NCBI GenBank assembly: GCA_051362555.1
Contig: CM120641.1
Location: forward strand, 31,316,401-31,380,400
Length of the DNA stretch: 64,000 nucleotides
Source: Lingula anatina
Lineage: Eukaryota > Animalia > Brachiopoda
Direction of reading: 5' to 3'
The notes beneath the pieces were generated by a model, which saw only the letters and a program-made list of their open reading frames with translations, made no database searches and had not been told where the DNA came from. Positions 1-12,201 of this stretch are shown in pieces. Position 1 is the first letter of the stretch; each line of letters starts with the position of its first letter. Both the position numbers and the translations under genes were made by a program.

Positions 1-900
1 TTCACCACCAATATGACTTTTTGATACAGCGTAACTTTGGAGATAAAAGGGAAGCAAAATTTGCAAAGTTCAGTTCTTGGTGAAAAGTAGATTGCCAGTA
101 TATGACTTCCTATTCAAGTTCAATGGAGACTATGGACCTATCTCTGCCAGTTTTGGAGATAAAAGGGAAGCAAAATTTGCAAAGTTCAGTTCATGGTGAA
201 AAGTAGGTCAAAGGTTAATTTAAAGGTTGAAGTAAATTGCCTCTAATGACTTTCTATTCAAATTCAATAGTAAACTATGGGCGCATCTTTGCCAGTTTTG
301 GAGATAAAAGGGAACAAAAATTTGCAAAGTTCAGTTCATGGTAAAAAGTAGGTCAAAGGTCAATTTTAAGGTCACAGTAAATTGCCAATATATGACTTCC
401 TATTCAAGTTCAATAGTAACTATGGACCTATCTCTGTCAGTTTTGGAGTTAAATGGGAACGAAAATTTGCAAAGTTCAATTCATGGTGAAAAGTAGGTCA
501 AAGGTCAATTTTAAGGTCACTGTTAAATTGCCAGTATGTGACTTCCTATTCAACTTTAATAGTAACTATGGACCTATCTCTGCCACTTTTGGAGATATAA
601 GGAAACAAAAATTTGCAAAGTTCAGTTCATAGTTAAAAGTAGGTCAAAGGTCAATTTTAAGGTCACATTTAGATTGCCACTATATGACTTCCCATTCAAG
701 TTCAATAATAACTATGGACCTATCTCTGCCAGTTTTGGAGATAAAAGGGAACTAAAATTTGCAAAGTTCAATTCATGGTGAAAAGTAGGTCAAATGTCAA
801 TTTCAAGGTCACAGTAAGATTGCCAGTATATGACTTTCTTTTCAAGTTCAATAGTATCTATGGACCTATCTCTGCCAGTTTTGCAGATAAAAGAGACTAA
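1..900. repeat. Tandem array of ~145-146-bp units (about 6 copies), internal repeats of a Helentron/HINE-like element
   Basis: The motif ggacctatctctgccagttttggagata recurs at about 134, 279, 424, 570, 716 and 862 (period 145-146). Most units carry aggtcaaaggtca or a one-base variant. Confidence 0.9.
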
Positions 901-1192
901 ATGTTATAATTTTGGAGTTACCATAATGTGCCATAAATTTCCTACAGAAAAAAATTAATGAAAATAAAGAAAAGGTCATTTTGGTCAAAATTTTTGGAAT
1001 GGGAGGTGCTCTGAAGTTCCAGGTGTTCAAATTTCATGAAATAATGTCATTTTTGACCACAAGTTGTCTGCTTTGCCAAGCCTTATGTATTATTTTTCCG
1101 GAGTTCAAAATTTATTATCCATTACCGTACTGCACATTTTGCTTTCACCACCAATATGTATTTTTTGATACAGCGTAACTTTAGAGATAAAA

Positions 1193-2290
1193 AAACCATT
1201 GTACCAGAGACACTTGATCCCTTTCAGTTTGCATATAGACGCAATAGAAGCGTAGATGACGCTCTTAGTATGTGCATACACAACATTTTAGAACACGCAG
1301 ATAAGAAAAACACATACGCAAGGATCTTATTTATAGACTACAGCTCGGCTTTTAATACCATTATTCCACAAAAACTTTATGCTAAGCTTTTAAACGAACT
1401 GGAATTTCCTTCATTTTTATGCAGTTGGGTTTTAGATTTTTTATTAGACAGGAGACAAGCTGTGAAAGTGGGTACAAGTACTTCTGATATTGTGGTTTTA
1501 AATACAGGTGCGCCTCAGGGTTGTGTTCTGTCACCATGTCTGTACAGCTTGTTCACGTATGATTGTGTTTCATCTCATGAGAGTAATTGCATCGTGAAGT
1601 TTGCAGACGACACCACTTTAATTGGCTTAATAAGTGATAATGATGAGACCTGGTATAGAAACGATGTCAACTCAGTTGTACAATGGTGTAAAGACAACGA
1701 TTTGTTACTGAATGTAGAGAAGACTAAGGAAATGATTGTTGACTTCAGAAAGAATAGAAATGTGAAAGAACCCATTCATATCAGTGGCACTGCAGTAAAG
1801 CAAGTAGCCAATTTTAGACTGCTGGGGGTAGAATTCAATAGCTCACTTACATGGAAGGACCACATAGACAAACAGTTAAAAAAAGCGAGGCAAAGGGTAT
1901 ATTTTTTTAAGAAAGTTGAAGGATTTTACTTCAAATGAAATGATTTTAGCAAACTTTTACAAATGCGTTATAGAAAGTATATTAACATTTGCAATCATAG
2001 TATGGTATGGGCGGGCCACTGTAGAAGAACGCAAGCGTCTAGATATGGTCACATCAACGTGCGGCAAAATCATCGGTCTGGAACTCCCCTCTCTAGGTGC
2101 CATCTATACTAATAGATCAGTAACAAAAACAGAGAAAATCATGTCTGACTATACCCACCCCGCACATGGGCTTTTTAAATTTTTACCGAGCAACTGCAGG
2201 CTTTTAACTTTTAAGGGATCTAAAAGGTTTTTAAAGAGTTTTTACCCATCTGCTGTGTCTTATTTTAACAACAAAAATGGAAATTTATAA
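1193..2290 (+). pseudogene. Reverse transcriptase ORF2 fragment with DUF1891-like C-terminus and a single frameshift
   Basis: ORFs 1156..1938 and 1916..2290 join if one T is removed from the run at 1902-1908, giving KARQRVYFLRKLKDF...ILANFYKCVIESILT. No endonuclease domain is present. Confidence 0.85.
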
Positions 2291-2388
2291 TTTATTTATT
2301 TATAATTTGTAACCCGAATAGCAGTCCAATTTCCGTTTTATATGAATTTTATATTTATATATTAATGGCTGAATAAACTCTTATCTTA
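1193..2388 (+). mobile_element. 5'-truncated non-LTR retrotransposon of the Rex1/Babar type (CR1 group) inserted into the 146-bp repeat element
   Basis: RT motifs LDPFQFAYR, LFIDYSSAFNTI, GAPQGCVLSP and KFADDTT are present. The 3' end has AATAAA (2372-2377) and a tcttatctta tail. The host sequence gagataaaa|gggaagcaaaa is split, with taaaa on both sides. Confidence 0.9.
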
Positions 2389-2970
2389 AAAGGGAAGCAA
2401 AATTTGCAAAGTTCAGTTCATAGTGAAAAGTAGGTCAAAGGTCAATTTTAAGGTCACATTTAGATTGCCAGTATATGACTTCCTATTCAAGTTCAATAGT
2501 AACTATGGATCTATCTCTGCCAGTTTTGGAGATATAAGGGAAGCAAAATTTGCAAAGTTCAGTTCATGGTGAAAAGTAGGTCAAAGGTCAATTTCAAGGT
2601 CACAGTAAGATTGCCACTATATGACTTCCTATTCAAGTTCAATAGTCACTATGGACCTATCTCTGCCAGTTTTGGAGATATAAGGGACTAAATGTTATAA
2701 TTTTGGAGTTACCATAATGTGCCATAAATTTCCTACAGAAAAGATTGATTAAAATAAAGAAAACATCATTTTGGTCAAACTTCTTAAAATCGGAGGTGCT
2801 CTTAAGTTCACTGAAGTTCAAATTTGATGAAATAATGTCATTTTTGACCACAAGTTGTCTGCTTTGCCAAGCCTTATGTATTATTTTTCCAGAGTTCAAA
2901 ATTTATTATCCATTACTGTACTGCACATTTTGCTTTCACCACCAATATGTACTTTTTGATACAGCGTAAC
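2388..2970. repeat. Continuation of the 146-bp repeats (2 units) plus a second copy of the ~280-bp block
   Basis: Resumes at aaaagggaagcaaaatttgcaaag. Segment 2690-2970 closely matches 900-1180. Confidence 0.9.
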
Positions 2971-3679
2971 TTGAAAACCGTATGGAATACAAAAAAACGG
3001 AGACCACTTCCAGTGTTGGCCTTTACATGCTCTACAAAATGCAAAAAAGAATGGGTCTCTAGCATTAACGGTTCCCGCATTAGAGACAGTTTTCAGTTTC
3101 GGTACTTTATGGCCGCTACTCCTGTGAAAATGCACCAATTGACCCCAAATTCACGGAGATGAAAGATGACCCGAAGGGTAACACTTTCAAATAATATTAT
3201 TGGTTAAGTCTGTGTAGTGTCTGAATAACAGGGCAAAAAAAATTTTTTTCATAAAAAATTTCATTTTTTTGAAAATTTTGGCCCGTTTGACCTTGAAATA
3301 AAGGTCAAAGGTCAAATCCAAGGGCATATTTGAAATCTACACATATGACTTTTGGAAAGCTGTCTGTAGAAATTTTTCCCATAACTCCTTCCGTAGGGTA
3401 GATAATTAGCATTTAATTTTGCCATTTTTAGACAAGGGTGCATTGCAATGAGTGCCACACCTAGACCCAAATACCGACAAAGCCCAAATTTTATGTGGAA
3501 CGAGTTGAGATTATAGGTGACCTAAATCCAAGAGATGGGTACAGGGGCCCTTACTGTCTAGGAGGAGAAGCGGTAACGGTGACTTGCCGGCGGAGCCGCA
3601 GGAGCCGGCGGAGCCGGCAGAACATACAGGTCGGGACTAAAACCATGGGTACCGCCAGCGCCTACGCTGGTGGTACAAT

Positions 3680-3835
3680 AATGCAACTGCAACTGTTGAT
3701 GTCAGAATGTTCAATGTATTCCCATAATGCAACTGCAATTGTTGATGTCACAATGCTGAAGATGTATTCCCATAATGCAACTGCAATTGTTGTTGTCACA
3801 ATGCTCAATGTATTCCCATAATGCAACTGCAACTG
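3680..3835. repeat. 46-48-bp minisatellite, about 3.3 copies
   Basis: aatgcaactgca recurs at 3680, 3726, 3774 and 3820. Confidence 0.9.
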
Positions 3836-4404
3836 GTTGAATTGAACCGAGATTAAATTACTGTTGCCCTGCAGAGACGATGCGCGGGGAGGCTTGTAAG
3901 AGGTGGAGAGACCATTACAGGATTAAGCGGTCTTCCTTTCATGTAGGTCTGCCATATTTAGGTCATATGGCCTGGCTAGCACTTGGCTCTTCTCATTCTG
4001 AATGGTCCCTATGTATAATACAACAGCAAGTTATCAACAGTTGAAATCACAATTTCCACGGTCTTCCCATTACAAAACAGCAATAGTTGTTATTTATAAA
4101 TGCTCATTCTTTTAACACAACAAGAGAAACCAATGTGAGGCAAAGTTCTATCTGGTGTTATACAGTGGTAAAGTGACCAAAATGATTAAATTTCTTCGAT
4201 CCCTCATAACTTTGACTCATTGTATATATGTTGCATTGTATGTTATGTAATGTATATGACAAACATTAAAATAGGGTGTAACAGCAGAGGTTTAATTAGC
4301 AAGAACCAAGTTCAAAGAAGGGACATTGGATTTTTGTTTGAAAAATTATGACCCTGCTTAACTGAATGACAAGCATTGTGAAAACAAGGCAGCAAAACTG
4401 TTAA

Positions 4405-4442
<38 letters not shown>

Positions 4443-5685
4443 TTATTTTGAGTCTAAAATCCATTATAACATGTTCAGAGGACTTCACATATACATAAAA
4501 CAATTACTTAAGAAATCAATTATTAGGAATAGATAAAAGAAAAATTACAGAACTTAACGACAAAAAAAAAATAAATAAATAAATAAAAAAAATAAAAATA
4601 ATAATAAGAGTATTCTAGATAAAACATACAGATTCTCACATAAAAGTATTTATAGTACATAACTAAAACATATTTGTTAAGAAAAAAATAATCAATTCTA
4701 GATAAAAAAAAAAAAAACAGCCTTATTTGCACACATAAAGGATTATAGGTAGAGCAGCCTTATTTCTTATAGTGCAAAAATGCAATTACTGTAAAATTTG
4801 TAAAATCAATTTAAAAGACGATTAATCAAAAAATTTCCTGAATAGGTATGTCTTCAATTCTTTTTTAAAATGTCTGGTAGACTCAATTGATTGGATTTCC
4901 AGTGGTAATAAATTCCATTCCTTTGGACCTGCTGATTTAAAAGAAATGTCACCATAAGTTTTTAGGTGGATTTTTACCAGCTTAAGTAACAATTTGTCTA
5001 CAGACCGCAGGTTTCTTGCTGGAACATAGTGAGTGACTAATTCACTTAGGTAGATCGGTGCAACTTTGTAATAAGCATCATGAACAAAGACTAGAAATTT
5101 AAATAAAATCCTGGCTTGCAGAGGTACCTGTAGCCAATGTGACTTTTTTAAAACTGGGGTGATATGGTAACTCATGGATGTACGGGTTAACAATCTAGCT
5201 GAGATGTTCTAAATATGCTGTAGTCTTTTAATCTGGTTTTTTGGACAAGCATATAAAATAGAATTACAATAATCCAATCTAGATGTTACTAAACAATTTG
5301 CAACTGTAGCTGCAGCAGAGTCAGATAGGTGATTACGAATTACGCCTATGTTCCTAATGTTATATGCTGCTGACTTGCATATGCTAGCAATAAGCTTATT
5401 CATAGAAAGTGTTCTATCTAAAAAACACCAAGATTCTTAGCATGGGGCATTGGCTTTATGATACTGGATCCAATTTTGAGTTCAATTTTTTCTGATATTT
5501 TCTGATTATTTGGCTGGGTTACAACTAAACGTTCAGATTTTCCATCATTGATTTTCAACTTAGTTCTCATCAACCACCCTTGTAGATCATCAATACACCT
5601 AGACAGATTTTCAATTGATTCATTAGGATTTTCTACATTACAGCATGTAAAAATTTGTGTATCATCAGCATAGATGTGATTGCCA
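4405..5685 (-). mobile_element. 5'-truncated, degenerate L2-clade LINE with (TTA)n tail
   Basis: The minus strand reads HIYADDTQI (YADD at 5661-5672), LVTSRLDYCNSILY (ORF 5209..5403) and HITPVLKKSHWLQV..RILFK (ORF 4822..5193), which are typical L2 ORF2 motifs. An AT-rich 3' UTR ends in aataaat plus (tta)n at 4405-4446. Several frameshifts are present. Confidence 0.85.
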
Positions 5686-5959
5686 AATGCTAATCTGTGT
5701 ACAGTCGTAAAGCAGATAATAATTATTATAATAGTCTACAAAACAGGTTTGTTGTCAGTTTTAATGCAATATTACTTTGTTTACCAGTAAAATCACAATC
5801 ACTTTTCCATAATGTGTATTACTACATAAAGGGATAACAACTTTTTGACAGAAATCTGGTGACAGAAACCCCATGCCTGATCCCAGAAAGATATGGATAT
5901 ACATAAACATAGCATTGATACCAAATAGATCTATATATAATAATAATAATATCAAGTAA

Positions 5960-6223
5960 CAGTGGCAGGTTTAGAGGGGGGGGGTCAGGGAGGTCGTGCC
6001 CCCCCCCCCCCCCCCCCCCCACCCCACTACGATTTCTGGTTCCCTCTTGAAATTAGAATTATGACTAGCTAAATCAATAATCATGAATCATAGTTCTAAT
6101 CTGTATCAAATGGCAACGTTCGCTCTCTAAAATACAAATTTTTTTCGGGGCCCGATGCCCACGCCAAGGGAGGGGGAGGCTTTGCAACTGCGGTCCCCCT
6201 TCAACTAATCCTGAATCCCACTG
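5960..6223. mobile_element. MITE family A copy 1 (CAGTGGC...CCACTG termini, hAT-like)
   Basis: Termini are cagtggcaggtttag and cctgaatcccactg. The internal aaatggcaacgttcgctctctaaaatac is shared with the copy at 13326 and, in reverse complement, with the copies at 9059, 10305 and 13881. No clean TSD. Confidence 0.7.
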
Positions 6224-6509
6224 TCAGTGACAGTAATACATACTGACCATTGCATTGAGTTCACTGCTGACCACATCCCGATTCAGTTTACCTGAGTGTC
6301 CCTAGGGCTGTCTTCCTGACGTGTTGACCACTGTCCACTACGAGTGACCAACTCATTGTTCTCAAGTAGAGACTTCGGTTGACGGGTAGAAAATGTGATG
6401 CCAGCACATACTGTAGCTCTACTTCTGCATTTACTCCCTCGAGCTGAGGGAAAGTATATAATGTTAGTCCACCAAACTCTCTCCGCTGAGAACTGACGTG
6501 GTTGGAAAA

Positions 6510-6524
6510 TGTATGTGTGTGTGT

Positions 6525-6569
<45 letters not shown>

Positions 6570-6575
6570 GGGGGG
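6510..6575. repeat. (TG)n microsatellite followed by poly-G
   Basis: Directly visible. Confidence 0.95.
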
Positions 6576-7364
6576 AGTTAACCCCCTCCTAACCCACCCC
6601 AGCTACTGTGTGCACGTATCCGGTATCGTTGTCGGGTCTTATGCTGCCACTTGGCGCTGGATTCTCTGCGTTTCCGGGAGCGGAAGAGTTAACTCGGTCA
6701 GCGCCATTTTAGGGAGAGGCAGTTGAAACACAAAGATCTCATAATATCTGTAAACTTGTACTCGCTGAAATTGAATGAATGGGTCTTGTTTTTAACACCC
6801 TTTCTAAATTTTTTGCAGTATATTCTGCTTTAAGTGATTCCATGCATGCCGAATATTTTTGGTAATTTGATCCTCTCTCTCCGTGTCCTCCCCCTAAAAT
6901 GTTCCACGTTAGAAAAAATCAATAATCGTATGGGAGAATAACACAGGCAATTGACCTACTTCACCAGTCATCGCTATTTTACTACTTTTATGACTTGGGA
7001 GAGATTACGTCATGCACGTCTGGAATGTGTCTTTTTTATGATTATATAATTAATAAATTACACATATTGATAAAATATTTATAAATGTGTCAGTAAAAAA
7101 AGGAACATTGCTTTTTAGAAATAATGAAAAAATATGTTAAAGACCCAACATAAGATAAAAACGACTTTTTTTCTTTTATATGCAAATTAGATTGTCTTTA
7201 GTAATAAAGCTGACAGGAAGTGATGCTCAAACCTGAGATTTCAAGGGTGGTGATCTTGATTAATCTGTATTTTGATATTTAATAAATTTGATAATATCAA
7301 TAAAAGTAAAATATAATTGAAGCTACCAAATCAAGTATTCCTCAAGAGTTTTTTTTTCTAATTA

Positions 7365-8450
7365 GGCCACACTTTTTTATTTTTATGGATGACATCCTCT
7401 GGGGACCCCAAAATCGGTGCGAGCGGGCGAAAAAAAAAAAACAGTCCAAAAAAAAAATGCTTAAGAAAAGTTATGTTTTCAGTACACAGTTTTCAGAAAC
7501 ACTAATTTACCACAGAAACACGTATCAAACTAACAACATGTCTTTATCCATGCTCTCAAAATATTAAAGCATTGTGAATAGGGCCTACTTCGTAGAAAGG
7601 TAAAAAGTCATGAATATATATATGCTGCATTTTACCAAATCTATTTAAGGTTATTTCATGCATTCTGTTGGTATAGCAATCAATAAAACAAATATCAAAT
7701 AAACAGAGTGTCTTTATTTGCACTCTCAGAAAATTTAAGCATTGTGAACACTTCACAGAATTGTTAAAAAATGAAGCAAAGATAGGCCTATGCTTCCTAC
7801 TACCAAATCTAAAAAAGGTAATTTCGGTCGATGCCATTTTGTCTACTTCGACTCACACGTAGCAGCCAACTATTGGGTGGCCTGTCCGACCTTCAGTCCA
7901 CCAAATACCACGACGCTCTTGTCGACCCTTTTTTCGCTACAAAAAAAACCTTGGTAAGCCTATGTGCTGCTTTGGACAGAATGTCACTGAAATTTTCCGG
8001 GCGATGATCGCTGGCCGCGGCCAGCCTTTCGTATAATTGTAAAAAGGTGATATCTCCATGTCCAATATCAATGGCAAACCAATCCAAAACGACGGCCCCC
8101 GTTCTCTTTATGACTTTAATTGTCGTGTATTTTGAAATTAATGCTAGAGATGAATTTGATGGCCAAGCGGCCATATTTCCACGTGGTGATAATACACATG
8201 CGCAGAAAGCTCATTTTCCGCACTCGAAACTACTCGGATGTCTCCGCAGTCGACAATGACAGCATGGAGCTTGCGGAATTAGCCGAGGATTGCCGATTGC
8301 ATTTTCCGGCAAATTCAATAACGACGTTTGCGACAACCGACTTCCTTGGAGGGGGGGGGAGTAGGGGGAATTTTTTTTTTTTTTTTTTGAGAACGGACGA
8401 AAATCGGTGCGCGCGCAGGATGTCATCCATAAAATTTAAAAAGTGTGGCC
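7365..8450. mobile_element. Non-autonomous DNA transposon with ~34-bp TIRs and 3-bp TTA TSD (PIF/Harbinger- or Zator-like)
   Basis: Left end is tta|ggccacacttttttatttttatggatgacatcct and right end is aggatgtcatccataaaatttaaaaagtgtggcc|tta. The subterminal motif aaaatcggtgcg occurs near both ends. Confidence 0.85.
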
Positions 8451-9058
8451 TTACGAACCAATGCTCGACTCGCTCCTGGGATGAATTTAGTAACAGCCAG
8501 AAGGGCCTGAGAGTACTCCCCCCCCCCCCCCCATACTCCAATGTGTTGTACATGTATGCCCTATCCAGACAACGTTTACCTTCTACACACTGTTACTTTA
8601 CTTTACTTATATCTATTCTGTATCCTTTTCCTTTTTATGAATTAATGATTCCTAATATTGAGGTGCTTATAAAAAGTAACTGCTATATATCTTTATTGAG
8701 AGACTGATCATAAAGTACGGGGCGGAGAAAGTAGGGGTGGGTCACATTTTTTGACTACTAAAAGGGGTGGGCCCATAAAAATTAAGCCATTCATTAAGGG
8801 TGGGGCACAAGCTAACTAAGCTTTATTTTTGGCACCTACTATGTAATTGCACCTACTACTGTATGCAAATTTTGAGAACAACTATACTATACTTGAAGGA
8901 AAACAGTCTGAAAGAGGTCTGTTTCTGGTTCTCCTTTTTTTCCAAGCATTTTAAAAAACAAACAACAAAAAATTCTTGTAGTTATTAAAGAACAGCTATA
9001 TAAGCATATCATTGAGAAGGTGCGTCATTCAGTAATTCATTTAAAAACATATCCGTGG

Positions 9059-9207
9059 CAGAGGCGGATCCAGGATTATTTGAAGGGGGAGGGGGGGTCC
9101 AGAACGATAGACCTTGGATGCGAAACCGACTATCGCCCCCTTGACGTAGGGTTCGGGGCCTGCTTAAGGGCCCCGAAAAAATTTTGGTGTTATGGAGGGC
9201 AAATGGT
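9059..9207. mobile_element. MITE family A copy 2 (partial, opposite orientation)
   Basis: Starts cagaggcggatccaggattatttgaagg and aligns with 13881-14050. It is truncated after gagggcaaatggt. Confidence 0.65.
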
Positions 9208-9515
9208 TTTAGACTTTTTACCGGCTTAAATGTATGCCCCGCCTACTAAAAGCTGTAAGGGGATAATTAACTATTGTGCGCTCGGCTGACAGCAATTTAG
9301 CGTGAACCCCCAGGGATTTAGGTCGATCCAGATGGATCGATCTAAATCTGTGGGAATGCAGTCCTAATCAGGTTCTCTACATGAAAGGAAATAAATCCAA
9401 ATACCAGATTTTGACCGTCAGTTCTGAACTCTCGATATGGAGAGAGTCTATTTATAATGGTGCTGATTACTGGGTATTATAGAGTGGGGGGGGGGGGAGG
9501 GGGGGAGACGTCCAG

Positions 9516-9660
9516 GGCCCCGTAACTCGAAAGCATCGCGCATTGCGACCGAGCGCAAGCGTCTAGATTTGCCCATACTCACCACATTCATGTACATGTT
9601 TAATACATTGTAGCCATCTCGGCCTATTCGCAATACGCGATGCTTTCGAGTTACCGAGCC
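9516..9660. mobile_element. 145-bp MITE with ~33-bp TIRs and CAG TSD (Harbinger-like)
   Basis: cag|ggccccgtaactcgaaagcatcgcgcattgcga ... tcgcaatacgcgatgctttcgagttaccgagcc|cag. Confidence 0.8.
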
Positions 9661-9869
9661 CAGATGTCTTGGAGACGACTTTTTCTCTTTGCTCCAGATC
9701 TCGCTTTCATGAACTTGGATGATTCATGATTTTTATTTATATTATTGAGTCACTGAACATTCATCTTCATCTTTGTTGTTTTGTTATAACGAATAACGAC
9801 ATGAAAAATATTTTTTTCACAAATAATTAAGCTTTGCGCTCATTTGCAGTTTAACTTTATGTAGAAATA

Positions 9870-9910
<41 letters not shown>

Positions 9911-9911
9911 T
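9870..9911. repeat. Compound (CT)n(GT)n microsatellite
   Basis: Directly visible. Confidence 0.95.
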
Positions 9912-10304
9912 AGTAGTTACGAAGTAATAATTCATATTCTGACAGAGGTACAAAGAAAATGTAAGCACTACAAAGATGAAGCAAGTAAATTCATCATTTG
10001 TCTTCGTCATGATTTCAGAACTTTCATCTTCTCCGAAATCACATTAATCTGCAAAAGTTTACCCAATTTTGATAATTATTCGAGACCTTTTACTTTGGGC
10101 CAGCGAGTTGTTAAGTAGGCCACTTTCAGGAAAGTTTCAGAAGAATGACTGTACCCTTTCTTAAAGTTATAGATATACCCGCGTGTGTATTTAGGAGTGA
10201 TCTTCTGTGCCAGCAAAAAATCTATCATTTGTCTGTACAAATCCCAGGAAAGGTTGCCATAGTTACTGTAGATGCACAGGGATTAGATGCAGTCTGTCTG
10301 TGAA

Positions 10305-10516
10305 GCGGCTGATGCGAAGCCGACCCCACCTCCCCCCTTAGCGTGGGGTCGAGGCCCTATGAAGGACCCCTAAAATTTCGGTATTTCAGAAGGCAAACGG
10401 TGCCTATTGATTCAAAATTTTAATTTCAAGAGGAGACCATTGGTGTAATTTTTTTTTTCAGAAATCGAAGGGGGGTCAAGACCCCTTGACACCCCTCCCC
10501 CCTAAATCCGCCACTG
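10305..10516. mobile_element. MITE family A copy 3 (partial)
   Basis: Contains gatgcgaagccgacccc...ggcaaacggtgcc and ends in ctaaatccgccactg, like 14150-14167. Confidence 0.65.
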
Positions 10517-11942
10517 GTATTAAACTATACAATGTAATTTCTTTGGCTCTCATTTGAAAAAGGATGTCCTTTTTGAATGTGGTAGACATCATGTTTGTAA
10601 AATTTGACGTCATTTACAATGACTAGTTAGAAAACAAGTCTAAATTGACAAGGTTTGAAATTTATAGTTGTAGAAAATAAAAAAAAAAACTATCAAATTC
10701 ATATAGGTGACTGCATGTTTTAATTTTTTTTCTGCAATCCAAATGCAGTAAATTACCAGTTGACTTTATTTTTACTTTTTAACTAAGAGCATATTCATTT
10801 ATCTCGTTTCTAAAAAATTAACTGCATGATATATATTTGTCATTTTTATTGCAGACTAAACTGTTATCCGAAAATTATTTTTTCTGTGAACACATGAAAT
10901 GAATAATCAAGAAAATTCAGATGCAACACTCGTGATAAACATATTTGGTTAAAAATATAATCATGGTTGTCGTGAGGTACCAGCTAACATCACTGTGAGT
11001 TCCAGTCTTTAGTGAAGTAGAATGTACCTCGACGAAGAGAGATTTTCATCATGTCACCAAAACCTATAAGTATTTCACTCGGGGATCTAAGACTTTGTGT
11101 TGAAAGATTTGTGGTAGACGTCACAACCATGTTAAGACAAGACAAACGTCAGAATATTACCGCGTATAAAAAGTAATCGGGAATAGGTGTAGTCTGTCTG
11201 TGTTTCTGAAAAATAAATCACACCTGTCCTCGCCCCTTCACCTAACCCCAGCAGCTGAAGTCGCATAAACAAGGGCACTGTGAGGGCGTTTTGAACTATT
11301 TTATCCACGCTTTACTGCAGTAAAATAAACCAACAAAATAGTTACAAGAGCAAAGTAGCGGTTTGTTTTTTAAATAGGATAGTAATATTTTTGTTAACAA
11401 TTATATTTTTCTTTCCCATCCACTTATCTTATTATTGTCCTTGCTGACAATTACCCCCACAAAAATTAAACCACTTACCTCAACCACGAATGTCACCTTT
11501 AATGAAGATGAATTAGTATCGTTTAATTAATTAATTTATTTATTTGCAGAAAGTCTTTGATAGTAAAAGAACCTGTCAATATTCCACACATAATGCAAAA
11601 ACATTTATTCTTCCTTCTTCCACGCACATACTGGGGTACATAGTTGAACTAATTTTGAAATGACCCATGCGCTACCTCCAGAATAACGTCAAATGTCATA
11701 TTTCTTTACTTGAATCTGCTTTTTAAATTGGATGCTTTTGCTAAATTCTTCTTTTTACAAAATAGTTTGTAATCTAGAGTGTCGTATTAGAGACGCTGAA
11801 GGGTTCAAAAAGAGAACTAGTTTTGGAAACATGTTGCACATATTCTCTTGAAATATTTTGCAATTTAATTACTAACTTCAGATTTTAGCGCTCTCTTTCG
11901 GCGTACTCACTGTTTCACAGCGAGAGAAATCACAGTGCGCGA

Positions 11943-12201
11943 TGATTGACGTTTGTTTATATAACCTGCCAATCGATCTGTTATTTTTTGACAGCAACTA
12001 TCAAAACTAGCTGAATTTGATTGGCACCTTGTCAATCAAAGGGTGTAGGAAGCTTGAACTAAATGTGTTCGACGACTATAGTGATCCACCGTGTAATGAT
12101 TGTGATTGACGTTTGTTTATATAACCTGCCAATCAAGCTGTTATTATTTGACAGCAGCTATTAAAACTAATGAATTTGATTGGCATCTTGTCAATCAAAG
12201 G
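11943..12201. repeat. Local direct duplication of a ~100-bp block (period 160 bp)
   Basis: tgattgacgtttgtttatataacctgccaatc...tttgattggca..ttgtcaatcaaagg occurs at 11943 and 12103, with a degenerate third start near 12245. Confidence 0.85.

Larger units (their letters stand above)
1..3682 (-). mobile_element. Non-autonomous Helentron-associated (HINE/DINE-1-like) element: internal tandem repeats, GCC-rich microsatellite and terminal hairpin; continues beyond the window start
   Basis: 146-bp repeats and a ~280-bp block (900-1180, repeated at 2690-2970) are followed by gccggcggagcc repeats (3586-3618). Next comes the hairpin gtaccgccagcg-ccta-cgctggtggtac (3649-3676) and aataat. The order hairpin, microsatellite, central tandem repeats matches the known HINE/DINE-1 layout. 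Whether 1-3682 is one element or adjacent pieces is inferred. Confidence 0.55.

Noticed and set aside
981-3162. Short ORFs in the repeat element (981..1178, 2657..2899, 2745..2969, 2947..3162), and the similarity of the last to 20415..20606
   Set aside because: The peptide similarity only reflects DNA-level homology between repeat copies. No domain is recognisable and starts are inconsistent.
8120-8707. 195-aa ORF
   Set aside because: It has a non-ATG start, crosses the transposon TIR and several homopolymers, and shows no recognisable motif.
8712-8812. Three ggggtggg motifs as a regulatory GC-box cluster
   Set aside because: It looks like a short fragment of a repeat's subterminal region, and its boundaries and family cannot be supported.
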